DNA of 64,000 nt from Octopus sinensis. Its lineage: Eukaryota. The position numbers and the translations under genes are program-made. The notes below the pieces were generated by a model that was not told where the DNA came from, made no database searches, and saw only the letters and a list, made by a program, of their open reading frames with translations. Positions within the stretch are counted from its first letter, which is position 1. Each line of letters begins with the position of its first letter. The stretch covers positions 129,022,001-129,086,000 of the forward strand of contig NC_043000.1 of NCBI RefSeq assembly GCF_006345805.1. Reading direction: 5' to 3'. Below are positions 1 to 15,732 of this stretch, one piece after another.

Positions 1-336
1 GTGTATATATATATATGTATATATATACACACACACAAACACACACAAATATTATATGTTTAGTCATACACAATAAATTCTGTGAACAATAGAATCCTGT
101 GTTGTGCGTCCCTGAAGAGCCATTCGCTGGTACACTGTATTTCTGATGGCTATGAGTAACAAAGGACTGTTTGTGCAACTCGGACGGAACAAATATCTCG
201 GGGTATGCTTGTTCGATGGACCGCTTTAAGGCAATTTTCTTGCCGTCGTGTCTATCTTTTGCCGTTATAACTGCGCCACCTCCCACCCGACCCCCACACA
301 CACACACATAAAGAAAGGCTCAAACCCTGCACAAAA

Positions 337-3288
<2,952 letters not shown>

Positions 3289-4420
3289 TTCTTAGGTTGT
3301 TGCCATCAAAGATATTCATACGACGACTCTCTCGTCTGTTTTTCTAAATAACATTACTGAGCCAATGAGTCCAAGGGGGTTGAGACTGTAATACTCAGGC
3401 GTTGTTGATGATGTTAATACCTTAGACTGCATTTTTAGAACTGCAGAGTTCTAAAATTTGATTTGAGGGAGATTTCGTTATTATTTCTAGCAGATTGAAT
3501 GACCGTGTTTAGGTAATCCCGTTAGCTCTCTAATTCTTAAATTATTGTAATTTATCCCTCAGCCAGCCCTGATTGAGCAGATCAAGGATTAAAGATATTT
3601 TAGTCTTGATCCTCTCGTGCATTTATATATGCTAGACTATATTTTCCAATTTGCTCTTCTTGTTTTAAAGAGAATTGTGTCGTTTGAGGGAGATTTTAGC
3701 TACTATTACGAGCAGAGTCAGAGATCACTTCGAATCTCTCCCTTCGTCTTCTCTATTTCTTAGGTAGTTTTTTCCTGCGCTCTATAATATTACATACAAC
3801 AAACTGTCATTGATGCAATCACTCGTGCAACTTATGCGTGCATCATAATTGCACTTATATGTGTGCATCATACTTGCACTTTGTTTGTCCTGAGTGATGC
3901 TGTTTTTATTTTATTTGCATCATTAGTGCACTTCAGAATGTTTATTTGTACAGTAGTACATACGATCGTTAATGAAGGTCAAACTAATGCAAATCACACT
4001 GCTGTGATAAATGTAAAGAACAACGATACAGATTGTGCAAACATTAAAGCTTATATGCTTATGTATATACGTGTGTCCGTGTGTTTGTAGTCGGTATGTG
4101 TAAATTAGAGTACAATATACATGCATGAGAGAGAAAGAGAGAGAGTAGGTGGGAGTGCATATATATATATATATATTGATAAAAATGGTAAGACAAAAAA
4201 GAAAGAGACCTCGATATTATGTAAATAGAGGAATTTATCTGTAAATGTAATGTGACAATTCGGTAGCCATGATGGCATCCGAAACTCGGAGTTTTATCAT
4301 GGCTACCGAATGATTGTCACATATTACATTTACAGATATATATATATATATATATTGCGAAGCGCATTGTGACCAGCGATGTGTAGCAACATCTGATGGC
4401 CTGGTCGGTCAAATGATCAA

Positions 4421-4463
<43 letters not shown>

Positions 4464-5199
4464 TATATATAACTTAGATATGTTTCGACCAAAGATTGGT
4501 CCAGGCTATGTCTAACTTAATAGCACCACCTGATGATATATATAATATATATATGCATCTATGTTTGTGTGTGTGTGTGTGTATGTATGTATGTTTATGT
4601 CTATATACCTATAGGTGTGTGTGAGTGTGGAGTTATAATCATATACACGCAAAATTGTTGTGGACATATAAATATTAATGATTTTTCCTGAAATCATTTG
4701 GTTTTATGTAAAGTCGTACATTCGTCAGCAATGGAAAGGACGGCAGTTGGTACAGCAAATTTATTTAGTCAATTGCTACAATGTTTTATTGGGAAAATTT
4801 ATTATGATGTAACATCGAACTTTTAGTTATGCGAGACATGCAACATCCATAAGATTATACAATGTATTACAAATGATAACCTCCGAATGATCAGGCAACC
4901 ACATGCAGGTCAATATGTTTGTTAGACTGGCAAATTCAACGACTTATGAACACTCGAAGTGGGAATACCAACAGTTCAATATAGAAGTGGGTGGAAGTAT
5001 AATCGGCCAATTAAAAGTTATAGGTAGCGCAACTTGGCAATCATAGATAGAATGATATCCAAATGGACTCTTCAAGCGAAAAGACGAGTGAGAGATAAAT
5101 TATAATTGAATACCATTTGTTCTATTCAATGTTGTGTGTGTGTTAGTCTTGTGTAGATCATAGTGTTATTATATGTATGTATAAATACATGTAAACAAA

Positions 5200-6000
5200 A
5201 ATACTTGAATGAAAACCACATAACTTTTTTAGTTTTTATAGTTTCTAAAGCTTTTTTTTTTTTTTTTTTTTTTTTTTTGCATCAAAATTTTTGTTGATAA
5301 CTTTTTGTACTCTTTTCGTAATCTCCGTATGAATCAACTAGCCAATATCACTGATTCCGTGTTTTCATCCGCCGCCAGAGAAAAAATTCAAATGTTAATA
5401 TACTTTAGTGAACTATAGGACTCGTCTTTGTAAACTAAATCCTTAAATTACAGCAAAACAAATTCTTCGCAATAATTTTGTAATTTGGATTTTTCTTGTT
5501 ATCCAGAACATTTGAAATCACTTCTTTTAATGTTATCCAATTTGAAGAATTACCCCTTTCAGAATTTTACTGAACAAATCTATAAATAGCATCCATTCAT
5601 CTCTATCATAATCTCCGCCAAGTTTCTGCACTATTCTATTTACGTCAGGTACCAAGGATCTATCTTAAAACATGGTGGAAACTCTTTTCTATTTCGGTAA
5701 CAAAAAACTGTTGTGTCTGGATTAATATATATTTTTATCTTTTAATCGGGACCCTAAGAGCTCTACAGTATCTTTGGGGAAACCTAGTTCTCTAACTAAA
5801 TCATTAAGTTCTTCCTAAGAGAATAGCTGTGACTCAGTGCTTGATCATTTTGGGGCGAATTCTTCATCGTCTAATGCAGCACTTTCTACCTCTGTGTTGT
5901 GTTCTGCATCATAAAGGCTATCAGGTGGAATAGGGATTGGTAAATCAGGTGCATGTAGAACAAGTCTTATCGCTGATGGATAAACAACATCCAGACATAA
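5200..6000 (-). mobile_element. Decayed, internally deleted DNA transposon, Chapaev3/CMC-like transposase relic
   Basis: Minus-strand translation YPSAIRLVLHAPDLPIPIPP ... FS*EELNDLVRELGFPKDTVELLGSRLKDKN ... YRNRKEF, with stops and frameshifts; superfamily assignment is from memory. Confidence 0.65.
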
Positions 6001-6038
6001 TGTAATCTAATGTGTGTGTATGTATGCGTATATATATT

Positions 6039-6106
<68 letters not shown>

Positions 6107-7564
6107 AAAAGAAAAAAATTGTTGTGAAACGGCAATATTGATAATATAAATATTTTTTGTCTTGAACTTCAGTTTATACATAGTCGTACATTCGTCATCA
6201 AGGAGAAGGAATGAAAGTGGTATAGCAAAGGTATCATTCAACTATGGTAGTAGTTGAATAATATTCAAAAGGCCGCAATTTACTCACACGCAGCATCTTT
6301 TAGAGCTTGTTGCTAATTCAGTTCTTAACCAAATTGAAAACTGTAAACATTTTTGAAGAGGACTGGTCCCTAGATACATTTTGGCATTAAAAAAATTGAG
6401 ATTTGGTCCTGTAGAAAAAATTTGTAGCAACGTTAAAGGAGAGTAAGTAACGTCTCTAATCAAGTTTAGATCTCACAAACTTTTTTTTATTTTAAATGCA
6501 AAAATATATTTAGCTTTGCTTCAATGATAGAAGAAAGCATGGAGGATTTCATAGTTTTCATCTCAAGCAACAAAAATTAGTATCAACAAAGTTGTGAGGT
6601 AAAATATGAAAAAAATATAAGGCAAAAAATTGTATTTAAGTATAATTAACGTTTTATTTTTAAAATTAAGCTTAAATGATAGAGCTCAATTCGAGGAGTT
6701 TCATGCTATCAATCTTCATGCAATGAAGTTTTTTTTAAAAAAGAGTTATGAGTGTTTGTTTCTCAAATTTGAGGGGTGATAATATAGTTCTATACTTTTT
6801 ATGAATATAGTTCTATAAGGAGAGTTTTGATATGTCACCGGCATCATTGAGGAAAGGAAATCGACACCACTTGTTGACCTATTATTAATTAGCATGATAG
6901 CATAGCCTGGAAAACATGGATTACTTGGAAAAATTCGAGCAAGAGAAATATTCTTAAGATTATAAACATGGAAAAGTTCAGAACAAGTTATATGACTACC
7001 GAAACAATAATAATGGTTTCAAATTTTAGCACAAAACCAGCAATTTAAGGGAAGGGCATAAGTCGATTACATTAAACTCGGTTGCTCAGCTGTACTTATT
7101 TTATCGACCCCGAGAGGATGAAAAGGAAAGCCGACCTCGGCAGCATTTGAACTCAGAACATAAAGAGCTAGACGAGATGCTACTAAAAACATTGAATCAT
7201 TCGCAGTCAGTAAATTGGTCACTGTTCCAGAATTTGAACTAAGGCGCGACGCTTTCCTTCGACGGTTGTTTCATCCCGTTAATTGAGAATCGCAACATTA
7301 ATGAGCATAGCATCGAGTTTGTTTGCTTCCACCCTACTAGACATCCTCTTAATTACTTTTCACTCATTGACACAACTAAAAATAAAACCATATTAGAAGA
7401 CGAGATGAGAAACGAAAGACGACAGAAAGAAGGTGGATGGCCGTGTAGAAAGACCGAAATACGCACATCTAATCACAGAACCATACTGTCGCTGACTCTT
7501 ACACGCATTACGTTCATACACACAAATGCAATTTCACGCGCGCGCACACTGTGTGTGTGTGTGT

Positions 7565-7607
<43 letters not shown>

Positions 7608-7639
7608 CAGAAACCTTTCAAAACAAACCTTAAGGTATA

Positions 7640-8620
7640 TAGATACTCCATTAAATAAGGTGTGTCATATATGCTCCAGCTCCTTCGAAATAAATCCATT
7701 GGGAACGTTCACAGCGATTCCAAAGTGCCTTCCACGCCTCAAAGCATCGCGGACATCCTCTTCCTGAAACTGGTGCAATGCAGCCTGCGATTTGGTATGA
7801 ATTTGACTTTCTGTTTTGAGGCAGCGTCTGTTCAGCTTCAACTTCATTTAGGGAAACGCAATGATGGAGTCACAGAGAAATAAGTCAGACAAATATGGAA
7901 TGTATGGGACGATCGCCATTTTGTTCGTTGTGAAAAGCAGTGTTGTTTCGAGAGAAGTGTGAACTGGTGCTTTTCGTGATGCAACAGCCAATTGCATTTG
8001 CGCCACAGCTCCGGTTTGATTTGCTTCACATCTCTCAAGTACCTCAAAATACCGCAATACAAAGTCAGAATTCACTGTACACTCAGGAGAACCTAATTCT
8101 CAATGAACAATGTGAGTAAAATGATGGATTGATCAGCGACGGTTCGTCATAGATGAGATCAACATTTTTTTCCCGCAATTTCTTGCTTTTCACTTGTGAA
8201 CGCCTCCGATACCTATTATCTTGAATCAATACTTCACTGGCCTTGAAAATCGTATGACAGTGGAAAACCAATGGTCAGTCTAAAAAAATTTCGCCAAATG
8301 CCTTGATGATGCATTTCGAAGACTTTTGTGGCAAATTTACTGAGCTTCAGCAAAATTTGAAGCAGGCACATTGTTCAAAATTGTCAGCCACCGTAAAAAT
8401 TGCTTGTCTGTGCAAACATATCACAAAATCTCATAATAAATGAATAATAGTAGATATCATAAAGTCTGTTTGTAGACTGGCTTAGACGGCTGGCTACTAA
8501 TGACTGTCCGTTACACAAATGTTGTTTAACTATATTCCGAGCCAATATACCCTACTTGCTCAAGTGTCAGTCAGTACAAAGTCGAATGTTTTGGCGTACA
8601 AGACTTGTAAATTCCTCATC
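7640..8620 (-). mobile_element. Decayed mariner (Tc1/mariner) transposon
   Basis: Fragments YCGILRYLR..KPELWRKCNWLLHHE and PYLSDLFLCDS..FP match the mariner WxLHHDNAPxH and PYSPDLAPCD motifs; multiple frameshifts. Confidence 0.75.
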
Positions 8621-8830
8621 GATATGATTCTTTTAATCTAATTATCTTACAACATTGATGTTGGGTGAGTAACCGATTTCCACAACAGAACGTCCTCCTG
8701 TTTTATTGTTTCAGATAACAATATCTGGTCGGTTGTATTTTAATTTGGTTCTTGTTTTTATTCTTTTGTTTCACCAATATTCTCTTGAATAATGGATCAA
8801 AGTATGTTTTTTTTTTATTGGCTATTTTCT

Positions 8831-9211
8831 CTTTTTACTTGTTTCAGTCATTTTGACTGGCCATGCTGGAGCACCGCCTTTAATCGAGCAACTCGACTCC
8901 GGGACTTATTCTTCGTAAGCCCAGTACTTATTCTATCGGTCTCTTTTGCCGAACCGCTAAGTTACGGGGACATAAACACACCAGCATCGGTTGTCAAGCA
9001 ATGCTAGGGGGACAAACACACACACACAAACATACACGCACATACATATATACGACGGGCTTCTTTCAGTTTCCGTCTACCAAATCCACTCACAAGGCGT
9101 TGGTCGGCCCGAGGCTATAGTAGAAGACACTTGCCCAAGGTGCCACGCAGTGGGACTGAACCCGGAACCATGTGGTTGGTAAGCAAGCTACTTACCACAC
9201 AGCCACTCCTG
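8831..9211 (-). mobile_element. Composite CORE-like SINE copy
   Basis: Same head and tail modules as 2126-2643. Confidence 0.85.
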
Positions 9212-9704
9212 ATATTTTTTCATTTCTTAGTCCAGATTTCTCTCACTTCCATGCATCAAGATAAGGTATTATCTCGATTGTGTTCCGTTACAGTTTAGTG
9301 ATGTGACTAACGCATTCTTTAGGGTTTTGCATAGTCTACGTACGTTTTTGTCTTTTGTATAAGAGAAGGAACGTGGCTTAATAGTTTGGGTATCGGGATC
9401 ATGATCATAAGGTCATAAGTTAAATTTCTGAACTGGGTTTTGCAATGCGTCTTTAGCAAAGCATTTCATTTAATATTGCTCCACTCTACTCATCTGTTGA
9501 TGAGCACCAGTCGACTGTTGATACAGTTCTCTCCCCCACCTCTCTCTCTACTCGTCACATCCTTAATGTTGCACAGGGTCACGTACGGGGAAGTCGAATG
9601 AGTGTCTATATCTACTCGCCACTACACAGACACCTAAAACAACGAAAGTATGGTGTATGCTACCAAGCAATACTCGCTTGCTAGTGACGACTAATGACTT
9701 CGTT

Positions 9705-10092
9705 TTTGTTGGAAGCACTCCGTCGGTTACGACGACGAGGGTTCCGGTTGATCCGATCAACGGAACAGCCTGCTCGTGAAATTAACGTGTAAGTGGCTGA
9801 GCACTCCACAGACACGTGTACCCTTAACGTAGTTCTCGGGGATATTCAGCGTGACACAGAGAGTGACAAGGCCGGCCCTTTGAAATACAGGTACAACAGA
9901 AACAGGAAGTAAGAGTGAGAGAAATTTGTGGTGAAAGAGTACAGCAGGGATCACCACCATCCCTGCCGGAGCCTCGTGGAGCTTTAGGTGTTTTCGCTCA
10001 ATAAACACTCACAACGCCCGGTCTGGGAATCGAAACCGCGATCCTACGACCGCGAGTCCGCTGCCCTAACTACTGGGCTATTGCGCCTCCAC
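9705..10092 (-). mobile_element. tRNA-derived SINE, second family (related copies at about 790-1075, 31432-31802, 62760-63047)
   Basis: Reverse-complement head gtggaggcgcaatagcccagtagttagggc...ggtttcgattccc with A-box and B-box. Confidence 0.8.
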
Positions 10093-11169
10093 TTCCTTTT
10101 TACAAGAAGTACTTAACTGGATTTTCTTCTTTAATTGCTTGGGAAGAATCTTTAAGATGAGATGTTTTAGGGTTGTCAGTACTCTATACCAAACTTTTAA
10201 TATACTTTCTTCTCTTTATGGCCCGTGTTTTTCGTTTCAAGTATTCATCAGCAATCTTCTCAATAAATTGGTCTCGCGTGTTTTTTGTGTTTAAGTTTTC
10301 TCTAATGTTGCTTATAAGAAGGATTAGTGTTAGCTTTTATACCATATTTCTCTTCAGGTTCATTACTTATGCAAACAAGGTTCGTGTTTAGAAACTTGAG
10401 AAAAATAGTTGCCGAGATTTTTCTCAATTATTTGTTAATAGTTAATGTAACTAAGTCTTTACGAATTGTTCGGCCAGCTAGAAATAGCATTCAAACATCC
10501 CTCAGATCAGGTGCCATTGCTTTAAAAAAAATAAAGGCACATCAGATAATATAATGTTCGATATTCTTAAAAGGACAGAATGGTCACTGGTGGAATGCCT
10601 TTGAACATAAATCAACCCTAGCAAGTTTAACCTGAATCTAAATAACAAAAATCATACAGGAAGAAAAAGAAACATATTCAACACACGTATGCATGCGCAA
10701 AAACACAAGCACAAATTCGCAGATAGCTGTCCTAAGATTTCCAGGCTGCTTTGATAAGAAAGGGCCTTAGGCCGTCTTGCATGACCTCTCAAACAAATAG
10801 ATCGATACCTAAGCACTGATATTCAAAGCATTGGATATAGTTTGCATTCTTGGATTTACTAGTAAGAAATTTACAACAAACTAGCAGGCACAGGAAATAG
10901 GCATCTTGGTGGGTCTTCCATTCGCTATTCTTTTTCTTGATAGCAACTGTGTAAGAAGTTACTGGCAAAGAATGAAGATCAGAAGACACGTTATATTGCC
11001 ACCGGTACGAGATTTTATTGACAAACGCCAATATCAAAGGGAAAACTTAGAAACAAAACTGATTTTATAATCTAGTTGGGTGAGTTGTTCCAGTAATGTC
11101 GACTCGAACTTTTCTAGTGCTGCATTATTCATTCTTGGCTTTCTTGTGGAAGATGAAAAAAGGATAATT

Positions 11170-11880
11170 CAGGAATATAAGTGAAGGAAAGTCAAGACTC
11201 AGAATGCTCATGACTGGAAGGCGCAAAGAGATTTGGAAGAAACACTGCAGAGCCACATGGCAATGGTGAAATAACATCTCGACATAGCCATACTGCAATA
11301 ATGAAGCAACATCTCCATAAAACTATTGCAAAAATGAAACATTCCGATGTCGTAGCACAAATCCTTAAAAATGTTTCAGCCCGAAAGCTGCGGCCATGCT
11401 GGGGCACCACAGTTGAATGAGTTACACTAGTATGTGAAACCACCTCTGATACGTGGCACTTGGTCAACAAGGGAGTTCGACGCCGCTGCCCGCATCTGTG
11501 TTTCCTGCCGAGAGGTAGGTTCATCTGGAAACCCTGACAAGAAGAGATCCAGTTTAGTTTTAAAGAAATCCACATCCACATGTCTCTCAGGCATTTAGGA
11601 AGGATAATGAAGAGCTGTGGTCCCCTGAAACCCAAGCTGTTGCAGTATCTGGTCCTGTATTTTGATGGTGATGTTGGGATCTTTGGCACCATGCAGTGGC
11701 GCCCCGTTCTGTTGTTGCGGTAACTTTCAATGCCAAAATTTGGGACAAGATCCTCCAGGATTTTCCAGATGTATATCACTGCATATCTCTCCCGCCTTCG
11801 CTCCAGGGAGAAGAGTTTTAATACTTTCAGTCTTTCCCAGTAGCTGATATGTTGCATTGAGACGATCTTCTTAGTGTAGC
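11170..11880 (-). mobile_element. 5'-truncated CR1-group LINE 3' fragment
   Basis: ORF 11192..11857: SYWERLKVLKLFSLERRRERY...YIWKIL, typical post-RT C-terminal region. Confidence 0.8.
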
Positions 11881-14119
11881 TTAGTCTAAAATAACAGAAA
11901 GTTTCCCGAATGCTGAGTTGCCTTGGGAAGGCAATATGGAGTGGGTACGTAATAAGAATAGTATCAAATATAGAGTACTTAGGGGGTCATGAAATGCCCG
12001 AGGATGATGGCTTAACCTCTTCTTCCAACGGTGGCGGGATGTTGTGGGTTTGTAGTTACATCCGCAATATCTTACGTGACTGACATTGAACTTAGTAGAA
12101 AGGGTCTTAGTTCGTCTAGCATGACCTCTCAAACAAATAGATCGATACCTTAAATACTGATATTCAAAGCATTGGATATAGTTTGCATTTTTGGATTTAC
12201 TAGCAAGAAATTTACGACAAACTGGAAATAGCAGGCACTGGTAATAGGCATCCTGGCGGGAGTGAAACAAAAAATTCTTCAACGTGGCAGAGACACGTGT
12301 GAACGAAAATCTTAGTTGGGAGCGAAGAATAAATTCTCAGGAAGTACTAAAAGATAATAATCAATACATGGGATGGGTATTTGCAGCTGCTCATGCTTTG
12401 GTACGGAAGGGGTGGGACTACAGTGGAGGTAAAAATCCTGTTACCATACATTGAAAGAGATGACTGCCTGATAAAACTTCCTGTTTTCTATATAGAACAT
12501 GTTTCGGATAAATTTTTTTCGGCGGTGTTGAGACGTTTTTCATAAAAGGGATGTGGAGTAGTTGCATCGTTTTTTGCTCAAGTGTGTGTGTGTGTACGCG
12601 CGCGCGCACGTGTGTATAAAGGAAAGGGACCGGGTGTTTCTCACATTTTGTAATATAGAAAGCATTATTAATTAATATAAAATAATCATGAAAATACTTT
12701 CTTTAACTAAACCATATAAAAAGACGAACTTTCTACCATTTCTGCCAATACAGCCACTACTGAATTTAAAATAATTAAAAAAAAATTCCTATGAAGAAAA
12801 GCAAAACAAAAACAAACCAACACGAAAAAGTAGAGGGAAGAAAGAGAGAAGTGAGGAAGGAGGCAGACTCATTTGAAATAACGGAAGTCTGCAGTTTATC
12901 AATCATTTGAGGGAAGTACAGTATCTCATTACTTGTGTGTGTATGTATGTTCGCAGGCGCATTTGTGAGCAATGCATGTGTGTCTTTAAGTAGATATTTA
13001 TAGATATGTCATTGTATATATATCAACTAATTAAATTCTAATAGAAATTTATATATATATATGAGAGAGAGCGAGAGAGAAGGGGAAATAGGAGGTGAGA
13101 CTGAGCGGAGATATGTCTTATTGTAAACCAAGCGAATAAAGTGTATTGCACTGTCGATTAGTGCTGAACTCACTAGATTCATTTGTAGATATGGAGGTTA
13201 ACCAACGTCATGTTGGATAGCTGACTTCCTGGTAATTATGGTGTTAATTCATAGTTGAGATATTACAAAGCAATACCGTCTTTGGGTGCCACCAGCGGTC
13301 GGTTCTCTCTCGTCAAGCAACAGCAAGATGATGTAGAAATTTGGCAGTGAAACAAAGCTGCTCGATTTCGGTTTCGATTCGAAGTTAAAACAGCCTCATT
13401 TAAATTCTTTCTCTCGCCATTGAGAAAATAATTAACATTGAGGCTTTTTAATTAATTAAGGAAGAATTCCATTAATGACATCATCTTCCTAAAATTCAAG
13501 CCTTTGGCAATATGTTTTGTTTTTTGTTTTTTTTTGTTTTCCTTCAGCCTTACGATTCATAAAACCTGGTTTCCATGACCTATACATGACTGAGATATCT
13601 CAACAGTCGCCCTCGAGTAGAGTTTGAGGCGAGCGAATTTTGAGGAGAGAAGACAAGTCGATTGCATCGACCCCAGTACTCAACTGGTACTTATTTTATC
13701 GACACCGAAAGGATGAAATGTAAAGTCGACCTTAGCGGAATTTGAACTCGGAATGTAACCGCTAAGCATTTTGCTCGGCATGCTGCCTTAAGCCGGGAGA
13801 GATAATATGACGGATTTCGTCCGACCTGCAAACGATTCTGCCAGCTCGACGGCTTCGCAATGTAAATTTGGGGCTTAAAAAATGTGCTCCTGGTCGAATT
13901 ATTTAGGATTCCTAGTTTGAATTCTCACAAGTTTAAACTTAGTTTCTATGTAGTTCCTTTTTGTTTTCGATATATCTAAAGAATTAGTGAAATATATATA
14001 TTAAAGCAACAACCAATAAGGCAAGATTTATTCTATAACAAGGCTGCCAAGCTTTCAACTATATGAATATACTTGGATTATTTTTTTATGTTCTGCTGCC
14101 CCTTCACTGACTTCAATCA

Positions 14120-14160
<41 letters not shown>

Positions 14161-15312
14161 CGACGGGCGCTTTCATATAGTTTAATTCTATAAAGTTTCT
14201 CTGACAAAATTTTGGTTGATCTGAAGCAATGGTTAGAATGCACAGGAAACTGCATGATTGAGACGCCAACTCCTTGATCAGCAGACCTATTTATTACCCA
14301 CAAGGGGCTAAACACTGAGGAGACAAACAAGGACAGGCAGACGGATTAAGTCGATTATATCGACCCTACGGCTACGCATTTCGCCCGGTGTGCTAACGTT
14401 TCTGCCAGCTCGCCGCCTCTCCTTGATCAGGAGGCCACGCTTGTGTCACGTGTTTAATATTTCTGTCAGTTTTCATTGCTGTGGTAGAAAAAATAAATTG
14501 TCAAAGTAAAAACATGGAAATTGAAGCAACATGCAAAAAAATGTTACCCACGTGTAAGGGCCATTTTCTATATTGTTATAAAGTGTCCTATATGGGTGTG
14601 ATTTAGCTCTCATTCGTTTAAAATCGAAATAATTACTCATGTAATGAAGCGAGGAGATCCATGAAACACCCTTATAGAATTTCGTTTGCAACTGGTTCAG
14701 CATTGAGTTGAAGAATGCTCGATCAGAAACAAACATGTACCAGTTTTTATAGTCATTAGGACTAACCATCAACTTTCTTTTCCGTGGAGGAGCATCTACA
14801 TGGTCGGTCGATCTGCTAGGATTAGCAGCTAAATTCAACTCGAATCGTACCTTAACGTCATATAAAAAGGACAAGTTGGATAAAATAAAAATTTAGCTAT
14901 TTAACGAGAGTACATTGTCAAGAAATGTTCTGCGAGCTGATGTTCGGATGAGTGAGGACTCTAGTCCGAGATATGATATATTTGGGAAAAAGTTTCAAAA
15001 CTAGAATGCATTTAAACCCGACCTGGAATTAAACAACAACAACAATTAACTTGTTTTTGAAAATCTATGATAAACTCTTTATCTCGGCAACATCCTGTTC
15101 CTACAAAACCACGTCGAACAGATAATGTGAGCTCTTCAGTAATTCTTTGGGGATGTGGACGAGGTAGTAGGGGTCATTATTTCATTATATTTTGTCATTA
15201 TTGGTTGGGTCATATCTCTTACAATATCTTATCCGTATTCTGGCATCTTAAAAGAATGCGCCAATTTTTACGAATCTTCTCACAAATGAAGCGCTCTTGT
15301 TATTTAACTCCT

Positions 15313-15732
15313 CTTTTACTCTTTTACTTGTTTCAGTCATTTGACTGGCAATGCTGGAGTACTGCCTTTAGTCGAGCAAGTCGACCCCAGGACTTATTCT
15401 TTGTAAGCCTAGTACTTATTCTATCAGTCTGTTTTGTCGAACCGCTAGGTTACGGGGACGTAAACATACCAGCATCAGTTGTCAAGCGATGTTGGGGGGA
15501 CAAATACACACAAACGTATACACACACACATATATATATATAAACATATATATATATACACACACACACGACGGGCTTCTTTCAGTTTCCGTCTACCAAA
15601 TCCACTCACAAGGCTTTGGTCGGCCCTAGGCTATAGTAGAAGACACTTGCCCAAGGTGCCACGTAGTGGGACTGAACCCGGAACCATGTGGTTCGTAAGC
15701 AAGCTATACCACACAGCCACTCCTACGCCTAT
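15313..15732 (-). mobile_element. Composite CORE-like SINE copy
   Basis: Same modules; accounts for much of ORFs 15067..15543 and 15479..15736. Confidence 0.85.

Noticed and set aside
9990-10092. tRNA-like A-box/B-box sequences (also 18317, 50247 and others)
   Set aside because: They are SINE heads followed by repeat bodies; no complete cloverleaf.
14473-14874. 133-aa minus-strand ORF
   Set aside because: Its 5' part overlaps a SINE-like motif (ggtcggtcgatctgctag), there is no recognisable domain, and no convincing splice context.
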